IMG/VR virus record: IMGVR_UViG_3300046010_004673
Span: 1 to 59,374 of that record
Direction: 5' to 3' (one strand)
Length of the DNA: 59,374 nucleotides
Source of the DNA: a virus
Taxonomy: Duplodnaviria > Caudoviricetes
Positions 45,794 through 55,094 of the stretch are shown here, piece after piece. Position numbers and translations under genes: made by a program. Under the pieces are notes generated by a model that was not told where the DNA came from, made no database searches, and saw only the letters and a list, made by a program, of their open reading frames with translations. Numbering within the stretch: position 1 is the stretch's first letter; every line of letters begins with the position of its first letter.

Positions 45794-48262
45794 GTGGCGG
45801 TTGATCGAGCGTTAATGCCCTTCATGACGCAAGGGCAAGGGATGGAGATTGATGTTCTTCCTCCAGAGGATGATTCCTTCACTGTGGAACTTCCGGATGG
45901 CGGAGTAGAAATCAATCTTGGTCCCGAACAACAGCAAGCCGCCCATGATGACAATCTTGCGCTCTACATCGACGACAACACTCTATCGTCGATAGCCACC
46001 GAGTTGGTGACTCTGTTCGATGCGGATAAAGATTCCCGCAAAGAATGGGAACAGACCTACATGAAAGGTCTCGATCTTCTCGGATTGAAGATCGAACAAC
46101 GAACACAACCATGGGACGGAGCCTGTGGTGTGTTCCACCCGATGCTCTCGGAAGCGGTGGTTAGGTTCCAAGCGCAGTCGATTCAAGAGATTTTCCCGCC
46201 CCGTGGACCCGTGATGACCAAGATTCTCGGGGAACAAACCCCAGAGAGAATCGCACAGGCCGCTAGGGTCGAAGAGTATTTAAACTATCTCTTGACCGAG
46301 AACATGAGTGAGTATCGATCCGAAACGGAGAAGATGCTGTTCTCGTTGGCGATAGCAGGTTCTGCGTTCAGGAAAGTCTATTACGACCCGAACCTCGGCA
46401 GATTCGTGTCGATCTTTGTTCCCGCAGAAGATTTTGTGGTGTCCTATGGAACACCCGATCTCTACACCTGCGAACGCTGCACCCATGTGATGAAGAAGAC
46501 CCCGAACGAAGTTCGTAAACTTCAGGTCTCTGGGTTCTACTCGGATGTGGAACTGCCGCCATCGACTCCGGATATCACCGATATCCAAAAGAAGTACGAC
46601 AAATTGAACGGCGATGCGGCTATCGACATGGATAGCCGACATACCCTTCTTGAAATATTGGTGGACTACGATCTGCCGGGATTTGAAGATAGTTTAAATG
46701 GTGAACCGACCGGCATTGCGTTGCCGTATGTCATCACCATCGACAAGTCTTCAAGGACCATTCTGTCAATTCGCCGTAACTGGTACGAAGGCGATCCGCT
46801 CAAAAAGCGCCGTCAGCACTTCGTGCATTACACCTATTTACCCGGACTCGGGTTCTATGGGTTCGGGCTTGTTCATATTGTCGGGGGTCTCGCGAAATCA
46901 GCGACTTCGATCCTCAGACAATTGGTGGACGCGGGAACCCTCTCCAATCTTCCCGGCGGATTGAAAACTCGCGGATTACGCATCAAGGGCGACGACACCC
47001 CCATCATGCCCGGTGAGTTCCGTGACGTAGACATTCCGTCGGGAACCCTGCGCGATAACATCACGTTCCTCCCCTATAAAGAACCTTCACAGGTTCTCTA
47101 TAGTTTGCTTGGGAACATTGTTGAAGAAGGCCGTAGGTTCGCTTCTCAAGCGGACATGAAGGTCGCGGACATGAACAACGAGGCTCCGGTGGGAACCACC
47201 CTAGCCTTGCTCGAAAGATCGATGAAAGTGCAAAGTGCTGTGCAAGCCCGTTTACACGCATCGATGAAGAAAGAACTGAAGATCCTCGCGACCTTGGTGA
47301 AAGACTACGGACCCCAGCAATATCCGTACGAAGTCAAAGGAAAAGAGTTGACGGTCCAAGACTTCGATGACCGCATTGATATTGTGCCGGTATCTGATCC
47401 GAACGCAGGCACCATGGCCCAGCGGATCATGAAGTACCAAGCGGCCCTGCAGTTGGCAGCCAGTGCGCCCACCATGTACAACATGCCGCTGCTTCATAGA
47501 CAGATGCTCGATACCTTGGGTATTCAGGACGCTGAAGAGATCGTCAAAACGCAGCAAGAACTGCTGCCAACCGATCCAGTATCCGAGAACATGGGCTTTC
47601 TCAACAACATGCCGACCAAGGCATTCATCTATCAGGACCACGAAGCCCACATCCAGACCCACATGTCGTTCATCCAAGACCCGAAAATCCAGCAGATGGC
47701 GGGTCAGTCTCCGAACGCACAAGCCATGCAAGGTGCCATCACCGCGCATATTGCGGAGCATCTGGCTTTTCAATACCGCATGGAGATCGAAAAGCAGTTG
47801 GGAGTCAAACTGCCTCCTCCGGGGGAACCTCTCCCAGAGGACATCGAATACCGCATTTCCCAGTTGGTGGCCCCGGCTGCAGCCCAGTTGCTGCAAAAGG
47901 ATCAGGCCGAAGCCCAGATGCAAAAGCAGATGCAAGAGGCTCAAGACCCTGTGCTGCAGATCGAGATGCAGAAACTGCAACTCCGCGCACAGGAAATCCA
48001 GCAAAAGGCCGAGGCCGAAATGGCCAAAGTCCAAGCGGATATGCAGAAAGCACAGATGCGCCTGCAGTCCGAACAAGAGCGTCTCAAGGCTCAAGAGCGT
48101 ATCGAAGGGGCGCGACTTGGCGTTCAGATCGCTGCCACCAACACCCAAGCCGAACTTCAGAGCAAAGAGATCGCTTCACGCGACCAAGTCGAAGGCGCGA
48201 AGTTGGGCGTACAAATCGCACGGGAAATGATGAATGCAGAGCAGTCACCAAAATCTCGCTGA
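45794..48262 (+). CDS. Portal protein
   Basis: Position after terL; PWDGACGVFHPMLSEAVVRFQA; LRQLVDAGTLSNLP; long Q-rich C-terminal helix. Confidence 0.88.
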   Translation: MAVDRALMPFMTQGQGMEIDVLPPEDDSFTVELPDGGVEINLGPEQQQAAHDDNLALYIDDNTLSSIATELVTLFDADKDSRKEWEQTYMKGLDLLGLKIEQRTQPWDGACGVFHPMLSEAVVRFQAQSIQEIFPPRGPVMTKILGEQTPERIAQAARVEEYLNYLLTENMSEYRSETEKMLFSLAIAGSAFRKVYYDPNLGRFVSIFVPAEDFVVSYGTPDLYTCERCTHVMKKTPNEVRKLQVSGFYSDVELPPSTPDITDIQKKYDKLNGDAAIDMDSRHTLLEILVDYDLPGFEDSLNGEPTGIALPYVITIDKSSRTILSIRRNWYEGDPLKKRRQHFVHYTYLPGLGFYGFGLVHIVGGLAKSATSILRQLVDAGTLSNLPGGLKTRGLRIKGDDTPIMPGEFRDVDIPSGTLRDNITFLPYKEPSQVLYSLLGNIVEEGRRFASQADMKVADMNNEAPVGTTLALLERSMKVQSAVQARLHASMKKELKILATLVKDYGPQQYPYEVKGKELTVQDFDDRIDIVPVSDPNAGTMAQRIMKYQAALQLAASAPTMYNMPLLHRQMLDTLGIQDAEEIVKTQQELLPTDPVSENMGFLNNMPTKAFIYQDHEAHIQTHMSFIQDPKIQQMAGQSPNAQAMQGAITAHIAEHLAFQYRMEIEKQLGVKLPPPGEPLPEDIEYRISQLVAPAAAQLLQKDQAEAQMQKQMQEAQDPVLQIEMQKLQLRAQEIQQKAEAEMAKVQADMQKAQMRLQSEQERLKAQERIEGARLGVQIAATNTQAELQSKEIASRDQVEGAKLGVQIAREMMNAEQSPKSR

Positions 48263-48431
48263 TTTCCTGAGGAAATCCCTCAGAGACCAGATGAACGAGA
48301 TGGCCGATCACATCGCAGGTGGGGGCTGTTCTGATTACGCCGATTACAAACGCTGTTGTGGGGTCATCCATGGTTTGGCCATGGCTGAACGAGAACTGCT
48401 TGACCTCACAAAGCAAATTGATGATGATTAA
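48234..48431 (+). CDS. Small head-module protein
   Basis: DY..YK...G.I.GL..AE motif after the portal gene. Confidence 0.65.
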   Translation: MQSSHQNLADFLRKSLRDQMNEMADHIAGGGCSDYADYKRCCGVIHGLAMAERELLDLTKQIDDD

Positions 48432-48515
48432 ACAACGTCACAGGTATCTGTGATGCAACACTGCATGGCGCAGTGCGCGTGACTCCAAGCACGTTTAAAC
48501 TTGGTGCGAGGGAAT

Positions 48516-48863
48516 ATGTCTGACAAATTAGCGAGTCAATTACCCAAACCCACGGGGTACAAACTACTCATTGCACTTCCAGACCCTGAAGAAAAGACCG
48601 AAGGGGGCATCCTCAAGGCTTCTCAAACTCTTCAAGCCGAAGAGATTGGAAGCATCGTCGGGTTCGTCCTAGAGATGGGACCAGACGCATACAAATCCCC
48701 GGACCGTTTTCCTTCAGGACCGTACTGCAAGAAAGGAGACTGGATCATGATGCGGTCTTATTCTGGTACGCGCTTCAAGGTACATGGCAAAGAGTTCCGT
48801 TTAATCAACGATGACAGCGTAGAGGCTGTGGTCGAAGATCCGAGGGGAGTGGCTAAAGTATGA
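48516..48863 (+). CDS. groES: GroES-like co-chaperonin
   Basis: PTGYKLLI...KTEGGIL...GP...GD...YSGT...RLINDDSVEAVV. Confidence 0.85.
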   Translation: MSDKLASQLPKPTGYKLLIALPDPEEKTEGGILKASQTLQAEEIGSIVGFVLEMGPDAYKSPDRFPSGPYCKKGDWIMMRSYSGTRFKVHGKEFRLINDDSVEAVVEDPRGVAKV

Positions 48864-49828
48864 GCGAATTACAGACATCACAAGAAGACAAGTTTTTCGG
48901 AGTGACTTACCAAATGCAGGCTCCTGAAAAGGAGATCCAGCAGGCGGAAAAAGACGACGTTGAACTTGAAATCATCGACGATCTGCCGCGCAAGCCCGTC
49001 AAGGTCGATGCACAGGTAGAGCAGGACGATGAAGAGTTGTCGGGCTATTCGAAGAAAGTCCGCGACCGCATCAACAAGTTGAAGTATGAACAGCATGAAG
49101 AGCGTCGGCAGCGCGAAGCCGCCGAGCGCATGCGCGAAGAAGCCGTTCAGTTCGCACAACAACTTGCACACAAGAATCAGGCTTACGAGAGCCTCATTCA
49201 GCGTGGCGAAGGCGCTCTTGTACAGCAGATTAAATCCAAGGCGCAGATCGCCCTTGAGCAAGCCAAATCCCGTTACAAAGAAGCCTATGAGCAGGGTGAC
49301 GCTGAAAAGATCATCGCTGCTCAAGAAAGTCTGTTGAATGCACAGACGGAGTTTCGGGAGGCTGAAAGGTACGAACGTAACATTCAGTCTCGACCCAAGC
49401 CCCTGCCGCAGGAACAAGTGGTTCCTCAGCAGACTTATCAGCCGGTGCCTTTGCCGCAGCCGTCTGCGAAAACGATGGCATGGACCCAAGAGAATCCGTG
49501 GTTCGGCAAGAACCGCGAGATGACTGCTCTGGCCTATGCCACGCATGAAACACTCATTCGGGAACACGGCGTAAAGCCTGACACCGATGAGTACTACGAG
49601 AAGATCAACGCGACCATGCGTTTGAGATTCCCGGACTTCTTCGAGGAAGAAGCCCCCGCTTCTGCCCCGAAGCGCCCTTCGACGGTCGTAGCGCCCTCCA
49701 ATCGGAGCAACGGCGCGAAACCCCGCAAAATCCAGTTGACTGCCACACAAGTTTCTCTCGCCAAGAGACTTGGCTTGACCCCGGAGCAGTACGCCAAACA
49801 ACTCATCAAGGAGAGTTCAAATGGCTAA
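48860..49828 (+). CDS. Putative scaffolding protein
   Basis: Acidic N-terminus; coiled coil; W..ENPWF; C-terminal LAKRLGLTPEQYAK. Confidence 0.7.
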   Translation: MSELQTSQEDKFFGVTYQMQAPEKEIQQAEKDDVELEIIDDLPRKPVKVDAQVEQDDEELSGYSKKVRDRINKLKYEQHEERRQREAAERMREEAVQFAQQLAHKNQAYESLIQRGEGALVQQIKSKAQIALEQAKSRYKEAYEQGDAEKIIAAQESLLNAQTEFREAERYERNIQSRPKPLPQEQVVPQQTYQPVPLPQPSAKTMAWTQENPWFGKNREMTALAYATHETLIREHGVKPDTDEYYEKINATMRLRFPDFFEEEAPASAPKRPSTVVAPSNRSNGAKPRKIQLTATQVSLAKRLGLTPEQYAKQLIKESSNG

Positions 49829-50267
49829 TGAGCGCAGCGTTCGTATCGAACGGCAGAACGAGACTCGCCCTGACGATTCTTGGATGCCGCAATCTTCGCT
49901 TCCGGTCCCCGAGCCGAGAGATGGCTGGGTGTTTCGCTGGATTCGCACTTCTTCTTTGGGGCGTTCGGATAACACCAACGTCTCGCGTCAGTTCCGTGAG
50001 GGCTGGGAACCTGTTCGGGCAGAAGATCATCCTGAGTTGAAGATCATGTCTGACATCAATTCTCAGTTCAAAGGTAATGTCGAAGTGGGCGGTTTGCTGC
50101 TTTGCAAGGCTCCCCTTGAGAAGATGAAGAAACGAGAGAGACACTTCCAAGAAGTTTCGGATCGTCAGATCGAAGGCGTGGATCATAACTACTTGCGTCA
50201 GAATGACCCGCGTATGCCGCTCCTTGAACCGGAGCGTTCTACCCGTAGCACATTCGGACGCGGTTGA
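49821..50267 (+). CDS. Head-module hypothetical protein
   Basis: GWVFRWIR...REGWEPVR...VGGLLLCK. Confidence 0.65.
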   Translation: MANERSVRIERQNETRPDDSWMPQSSLPVPEPRDGWVFRWIRTSSLGRSDNTNVSRQFREGWEPVRAEDHPELKIMSDINSQFKGNVEVGGLLLCKAPLEKMKKRERHFQEVSDRQIEGVDHNYLRQNDPRMPLLEPERSTRSTFGRG

Positions 50268-50306
50268 TTTATCATCCCGTTTAAACTTTTAGTGAGGTAA
50301 TCACAC

Positions 50307-51152
50307 ATGGCTTCTGGAACAGACGTATCAGCCCCCTACGGGCTGAAGCCGATCAACTTGATCGGCGGGCAGGTGTTCGCGGGTTCGACCCGTTCCCTGC
50401 CGATTCAATATGGGTACTCCACGGACATCTTTTACGGCGACTTCGTAAAGGTTCTTCGTGGTTCTGTCACTCGCGCTTCGGTTTCTACGGGAACCGGTTC
50501 GGCGCAGTATGACGGTATCTTCTTGGGCTGTGCTTACACGGACCCGGTCACCAAGGATCGTCGCTTCTCACAGTACTGGCCTGCCTCTACGCTGGCTGGT
50601 GATGCGGTTGCGTATATCGGTGATGACCCGGATACCGTGTACAAAGTGGTGGTTTGCTCTGCCAGTGCGGCGGTTGCTTCAGGTTCGTACGCCCTTGTGG
50701 GTGCCAACCTGTCGATGATCAACAACACGGGCAATGTAAGCACCGGCAATTCGAAGAATGCCGTTCTGGCCCCGACTGCCACCCCGGTCACCACGATCCT
50801 CCCGGTTCGTTGTGTCGGCGTGGTTGAGGACACCGCGTACAGTTACACGGCGACCGGTTCGTCGGAAGCAGCGACCCTGACCCTCACGGGTGCTGGTCTG
50901 ACTGCGGCGCTTCCTGCGGGAGCCAGTGTGGCGTACTACGCTTCGAATGGTCAGTTGATCCAGACCGGCTCGTTCTTGCCGACCGCTTATGCGGCAGGCT
51001 CGACCTCGCTGGTCCTCAACGCGGCCATTGCTGCGGCTGGTGTCACGTCCATCCCGTCTGGTGCGACTGTTGTGTTTACCGTGTTCCCGGAGATCTTGGT
51101 GAAGTCCAACCTCCTTGTGCATGCGTATTACAGCAGCACGTCCGGGCAATAA
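50307..51152 (+). CDS. Capsid decoration / minor capsid protein
   Basis: APYGLKP...IFYGD.V...GIFLGC.YTDP...DDPD; directly upstream of the major capsid gene. Confidence 0.6.
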   Translation: MASGTDVSAPYGLKPINLIGGQVFAGSTRSLPIQYGYSTDIFYGDFVKVLRGSVTRASVSTGTGSAQYDGIFLGCAYTDPVTKDRRFSQYWPASTLAGDAVAYIGDDPDTVYKVVVCSASAAVASGSYALVGANLSMINNTGNVSTGNSKNAVLAPTATPVTTILPVRCVGVVEDTAYSYTATGSSEAATLTLTGAGLTAALPAGASVAYYASNGQLIQTGSFLPTAYAAGSTSLVLNAAIAAAGVTSIPSGATVVFTVFPEILVKSNLLVHAYYSSTSGQ

Positions 51153-51178
51153 GGCCACGGTTTAAGGAGATTTAGAAA

Positions 51179-52087
51179 ATGGCTATTTCACGCGCACAAA
51201 TGTTGAAGGAACTCCTGCCGGGGCTGAATGCTCTTTTCGGCTTGGAGTATGCCAAGTATGAGGATGAGCATACGCTCATCTATGAGACTGAGACTTCGGA
51301 GAAAGCATTCGAAGAGGAAGTCAAGTTGTCGGGTTTTGGTACTGCCCCGGTTAAGGCCGAAGGCGCTGCCATTGCTTATGACAACGCTCAGGAGGCGTTC
51401 ACGGCTCGTTACAACCACGAAACGATTGCCATGGGTTTCTCGATCACGGAAGAGGCCATGGAGGACAACCTCTATGACCAACTCTCTGCTCGTTACACCA
51501 AGGCTCTCGCCCGTGGTATGGCGAACACCAAGCAGGTCAAGGCTGCTGCGCTCCTGAACAATGGCTTCACGACCTTCCAGTCAGGCGACGGTGTGACGCT
51601 GTTCAGCACGGCTCACCCCCTTGTCTCTGGTGGCACGAACGCCAACCGCCCGACCGTTGCGGCTGACCTCAATGAGACCTCGCTCGAAGACGCGATCATC
51701 ACGATTGCGAACTTCGTTGACGAGCGTGGACTCCTCATTGCGGCTCGTCCGCGTCGGCTCCTTGTTCCGACCAGCCTGATGTTTGTGGCCGAGCGCCTGA
51801 TGGAGACCACTCTCCGTACGGCGACTGCGGACAACGACATCAACGCGATCCGGAACATGGGCGCTATCCCGGAAGGCTATGCGGTCAACCACTATCTGAC
51901 CGACACCAACGCCTTCTTCATCATCACCGACATCCCGAACGGCATGAAGCACTTCGTCCGTACGCCGATGACGACTGGTATGGATGGCGATTTCGATACC
52001 GGCAACGTGCGGTACAAGGCTCGCGAGCGTTATTCGTTCGGTGTCTCTGACCCGCTTGGCATCTATGGCTCACCGGGTTCAACCTGA
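51179..52087 (+). CDS. Major capsid protein
   Basis: MAISRAQMLKELLPGLNALFGLEY; GDGVTLFSTAHP; DFDTGNVRYKARERYSFG; followed by a terminator. Confidence 0.88.
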   Translation: MAISRAQMLKELLPGLNALFGLEYAKYEDEHTLIYETETSEKAFEEEVKLSGFGTAPVKAEGAAIAYDNAQEAFTARYNHETIAMGFSITEEAMEDNLYDQLSARYTKALARGMANTKQVKAAALLNNGFTTFQSGDGVTLFSTAHPLVSGGTNANRPTVAADLNETSLEDAIITIANFVDERGLLIAARPRRLLVPTSLMFVAERLMETTLRTATADNDINAIRNMGAIPEGYAVNHYLTDTNAFFIITDIPNGMKHFVRTPMTTGMDGDFDTGNVRYKARERYSFGVSDPLGIYGSPGST

Positions 52088-52128
52088 TATATAGTCAGGC
52101 TGACCTAGAGAGAGTTAGGCTAGCAATT

Positions 52129-52163
52129 GGGGCTGCAGGCGTAAAAACCTGTAGCCCCTTTTT
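52129..52163 (+). terminator. Intrinsic terminator after the major capsid gene
   Basis: GGGGCTGCAGG-loop-CCTGTAGCCCC-TTTTT. Confidence 0.85.
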
Positions 52164-52165
52164 CA

Positions 52166-52194
52166 TTGCATGTTTAAATTGATAAGGGTATAAA
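52166..52194 (+). promoter_or_regulatory. Possible sigma70 promoter
   Basis: TTGCAT-17 nt-TATAAA; the spacer begins with GTTTAAAT. Confidence 0.5.
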
Positions 52195-52205
52195 TCCCCT
52201 GTATT

Positions 52206-52276
52206 CCGGGAAAACCCAGTCCATCAGACAGACCCGGCTGACGACATGCAGACTGATGGACGACTCGCATGTGAGG
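52206..52276 (+). ncRNA. Candidate pseudoknotted 5' leader RNA
   Basis: Three interleaved complementary pairs ending at the GAGG RBS. Confidence 0.5.
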
Positions 52277-52284
52277 ATATTGAA

Positions 52285-52503
52285 ATGGCTCAGACAAAAT
52301 TTTCGGGACCAGTGGTTTCTAATAACGGCTTCATTGGCAATGTGTCCGCCACGTTGGTGACCGCGACGACCCTTGTGATTGGCGCGACGACGATCACGAC
52401 GGGCAACGTCTCTGGCACGGTGTCGGCTCAGGTCGGCTACATCCCGGTCAAAGTTGGCGGTACGACCAAGTACATCGCGCTGTACAGCAGCCTGACTCCG
52501 TAA
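52285..52503 (+). CDS. Small virion protein (capsid fibre/decoration-like)
   Basis: MAQTKFSGPVVSNNGF...; GAGG RBS. Confidence 0.6.
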   Translation: MAQTKFSGPVVSNNGFIGNVSATLVTATTLVIGATTITTGNVSGTVSAQVGYIPVKVGGTTKYIALYSSLTP

Positions 52504-52549
52504 GATTTTCAGGGGGGCGTAAGCCCCCTTAACCTAATGGAGATTCAGC

Positions 52550-53137
52550 ATGCAATACGATGTATGGGCTGTTACCCCTGACAGCGACGATAACTACTTC
52601 TTCGATTCCGCCACTATCTCGACCAGCGGGGCGATCAGCCTGTTGGCGAATAATCTCGGTGTCAACGGAACCGGATATAAGGTTTCCATTACTTCCAACG
52701 GAAATGACTCTGGCGTGACCTTCGGGATCACCGGAGTCAAGGTTGGCGCAGTGGGTTATGACGGTGTGGTGAGTGAGTCGGTCACCGGCCCTAACAACAC
52801 CACTGTTTACTCAGCCAACTACTACACCAGCATCCGATCCATCACGACCACTGCCGGTTCTACCGGTGGCGTGAAGATTGGTTACGGCGGCGATTTGGCG
52901 TTCCCACGAACCCGCATCAAGGGTGTGTATTTCGTGACGAACGGAAACACGGGGGCGATCACTTTTGTCGCCAAGCCTACCAATACAACTCTGTTGAAGT
53001 TGGTGACCCCGAGTGGTGTTGTGTCTCAGGACATGATCATTCCGGGTGAAGGCATCCTCACCACGAAAAGCGCCAACACTGATTTCGCCGTGCTGGTCAC
53101 CAGCAGCGTGATTTCGGTCACTGTAGTTTGCGGGTGA
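52550..53137 (+). CDS. Putative virion structural protein
   Basis: T/G/S-rich; RTRIKGVY...IPGEGIL. Confidence 0.6.
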   Translation: MQYDVWAVTPDSDDNYFFDSATISTSGAISLLANNLGVNGTGYKVSITSNGNDSGVTFGITGVKVGAVGYDGVVSESVTGPNNTTVYSANYYTSIRSITTTAGSTGGVKIGYGGDLAFPRTRIKGVYFVTNGNTGAITFVAKPTNTTLLKLVTPSGVVSQDMIIPGEGILTTKSANTDFAVLVTSSVISVTVVCG

Positions 53138-53140
53138 TCC

Positions 53141-53410
53141 ATGGCAAAGAGTCCTGCTTGGCAGCGATCTGAAGGCAAGAACCCAAAGGGCGGTTTAAAT
53201 GCCGCCGGTCGCGCTTCTTACAACAGGGCAAATCCGGGCAAACCGGGATTGAAGCCGCCTGCTCCCAATCCAAAAACGGATCGGGATGCGGCGCGGCGTA
53301 AATCCTTCTGCGCGAGAATGACTGGAATGAAGAAGCGGCTGACCAGCAAGAAGACAGCCAATGATCCTAATTCCCGTATCAACAAGTCACTTCGGGCATG
53401 GAACTGCTAA
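53141..53410 (+). CDS. Small basic conserved phage protein
   Basis: AWQRSEGKNPKGGLN...RRKSFCARM...SRINKSLRAWNC. Confidence 0.7.
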   Translation: MAKSPAWQRSEGKNPKGGLNAAGRASYNRANPGKPGLKPPAPNPKTDRDAARRKSFCARMTGMKKRLTSKKTANDPNSRINKSLRAWNC

Positions 53411-53413
53411 TCC

Positions 53414-53668
53414 ATGGAAATGATGATTTGGAACATGATCCTGACGTTCATCGTCGCGATCTTGGGGTGGGTTGTGAAGGACAAGTTCGCTGAACTTCAG
53501 CGTCTTGGAATCCTTCTCAACAAAACCCGTGAAGAGGTGGCAAGAGATCATGTCACCCGTGCTGAAGTCCGGGCAGATAATCAGGCTTTGATGGACCGAT
53601 TGGATCGTCTGGAACAAAAGATCGACCGCATTGCAACTAACGTACTTGCAGGTGAACGCCGTGGCTAA
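53414..53668 (+). CDS. Single-TM plus coiled-coil protein
   Basis: N-terminal hydrophobic helix; LDRLEQKID. Confidence 0.65.
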   Translation: MEMMIWNMILTFIVAILGWVVKDKFAELQRLGILLNKTREEVARDHVTRAEVRADNQALMDRLDRLEQKIDRIATNVLAGERRG

Positions 53669-53846
53669 AGCAAAAAGCAAAGTCAACGCAGCCGGTAACT
53701 ACACCAAGCCTGAGATGCGTAAAGCATTGTTTAACCAGATCAAGGGCGCTGCTGTACAGGGAACCAAGGCTGGTCAGTGGTCAGCCCGCAAAGCACAACT
53801 CTTAGCCAAGAAATACAAGGAGAAGGGCGGTGGATACCGCGACTGA
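53661..53846 (+). CDS. Basic protein, DUF5872-like N-terminal half
   Basis: YTKPEMRK...GQWSARKAQLLAKKYKEKGGGY. Confidence 0.65.
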   Translation: MAKAKSKVNAAGNYTKPEMRKALFNQIKGAAVQGTKAGQWSARKAQLLAKKYKEKGGGYRD

Positions 53847-54243
53847 TCTCGAATTATTCAAGGCTCAAGTTCAAGCCGAACTGAATCGGCTTGAAGCCAA
53901 AGCCTCTGCCAAAACGGTGGCAGGGAAAGCCATTGGCAAAGATGGTCTCAAGTACATCACGGCCATTGTGGTGATTGGCGTTGTATCCAGTTTGTTCTTG
54001 GATAACGACAAGATCGCGGCGGTGATGGGGTTGCTTGGCGCTTCGTTGACGGCGTTGATTTCCATGTTGAATGGGATCGCGGGAACCGTTGAGAAAGAAG
54101 AGAAGCCCGAGTATGCGGTCATCAAGGAACTCATTGCCAAACTGGATCGACTGGATCGGAAAGAAATGCCGATGCGGGTCGATGTCGAGGGCGATCATGT
54201 GACCGTCACCAAAGGTGATGATGTGGTGAAGGCCAGTCGATGA
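53830..54243 (+). CDS. Two-TM membrane protein
   Basis: Two hydrophobic helices; overlaps both neighbours. Confidence 0.6.
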   Translation: MDTATDLELFKAQVQAELNRLEAKASAKTVAGKAIGKDGLKYITAIVVIGVVSSLFLDNDKIAAVMGLLGASLTALISMLNGIAGTVEKEEKPEYAVIKELIAKLDRLDRKEMPMRVDVEGDHVTVTKGDDVVKASR

Positions 54244-54485
54244 AAGCCCCTCAACAGTCATTAAAGGCTTGGACGCAGCAAAAGTGGAGAACTAAGAGTG
54301 GTAAACCATCTAGTCAAACGGGCGAAAGATATCTTCCAGAGGCTGCGATCAAGGCTCTTTCCCCAGCCGAATACGCCAGAACCACCGCAGCCAAGCGAGC
54401 CGGAAAAGCCCAAGGCAAGCAGTTCGTCGCGCAGCCGAAAGGTATCGCGAAAAAAGTAAGACCGTTTAGACAACGAGGTAAATGA
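54240..54485 (+). CDS. Basic protein, DUF5872-like C-terminal half
   Basis: QQSLKAWTQQKWRT...ERYLP...KR.GK.QGKQFV.QP. Confidence 0.65.
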   Translation: MKAPQQSLKAWTQQKWRTKSGKPSSQTGERYLPEAAIKALSPAEYARTTAAKRAGKAQGKQFVAQPKGIAKKVRPFRQRGK

Positions 54486-54486
54486 C

Positions 54487-54726
54487 ATGGCGATGTCCCG
54501 TGCGAACATGGGTCAGCAGATCACCAAACCCGGCCAAAAGAAGAAGGTCGCGTCGGTGATGCGTGAATTCAAGGAAGGCAAATTGCATTCGGGTAGCAAG
54601 AAAGGCCCAGTGGTTACGAACCCGAAACAAGCGGTAGCGATTGCGCTATCGGAAGCCCGTGCTGTCAAAAAGGCAGTCGGCGGTCGTATCGATGGCTGCG
54701 CGATGCGCGGTCTCACGAGGGGTTAA
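54487..54726 (+). CDS. Small basic protein (DUF6496-like)
   Basis: KVASVMREFKEGKLHSG...NPKQAVAIALSEAR. Confidence 0.65.
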   Translation: MAMSRANMGQQITKPGQKKKVASVMREFKEGKLHSGSKKGPVVTNPKQAVAIALSEARAVKKAVGGRIDGCAMRGLTRG

Positions 54727-54728
54727 TC

Positions 54729-55094
54729 ATGAAGAAGATGAAGCGTTATCAGGAAGGCGGTTCCACCAGCGTCGAGGTGGAGAAGAAGTCTGTTCTGGAC
54801 GATATCGGTCTCAAGGGATTGCCGCTTGGCATCATGGGTCAGGGCTTGGTAAGAGCCTTGGAAGACGGTGATCTTGGCGGTCAGGGTCTTCTTGGCATGT
54901 TGGTAGGTCGCAAGAAGAAGCGCGAAATGGGCATGCCCGGAACCCCAGAAGATGGTTCCATCACCAAGATTGAGATCGAGAAGTCCAAGGGCATGGGCGA
55001 TGACATGATGGGCGGTGGTCCTATCGGCTACAAAAAGGGCGGTCGCATTGATGGCTGCGCCATCAAGGGCAAGACCAAAGGCACTTATCGCTAA
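54729..55094 (+). CDS. Small K/G/M-rich protein
   Basis: YQEGG...YKKGGRIDGCAIKGKTKG. Confidence 0.6.
   Translation: MKKMKRYQEGGSTSVEVEKKSVLDDIGLKGLPLGIMGQGLVRALEDGDLGGQGLLGMLVGRKKKREMGMPGTPEDGSITKIEIEKSKGMGDDMMGGGPIGYKKGGRIDGCAIKGKTKGTYR

Noticed and set aside
48516-48863. GroES as a novel auxiliary gene
   Set aside because: Phage co-chaperonins in head modules are common; annotated as an ordinary feature.
52238-52284. Hammerhead ribozyme suggested by CUGACGA
   Set aside because: No GAAA directly after the would-be stem II, and no stem III/NUH arrangement.
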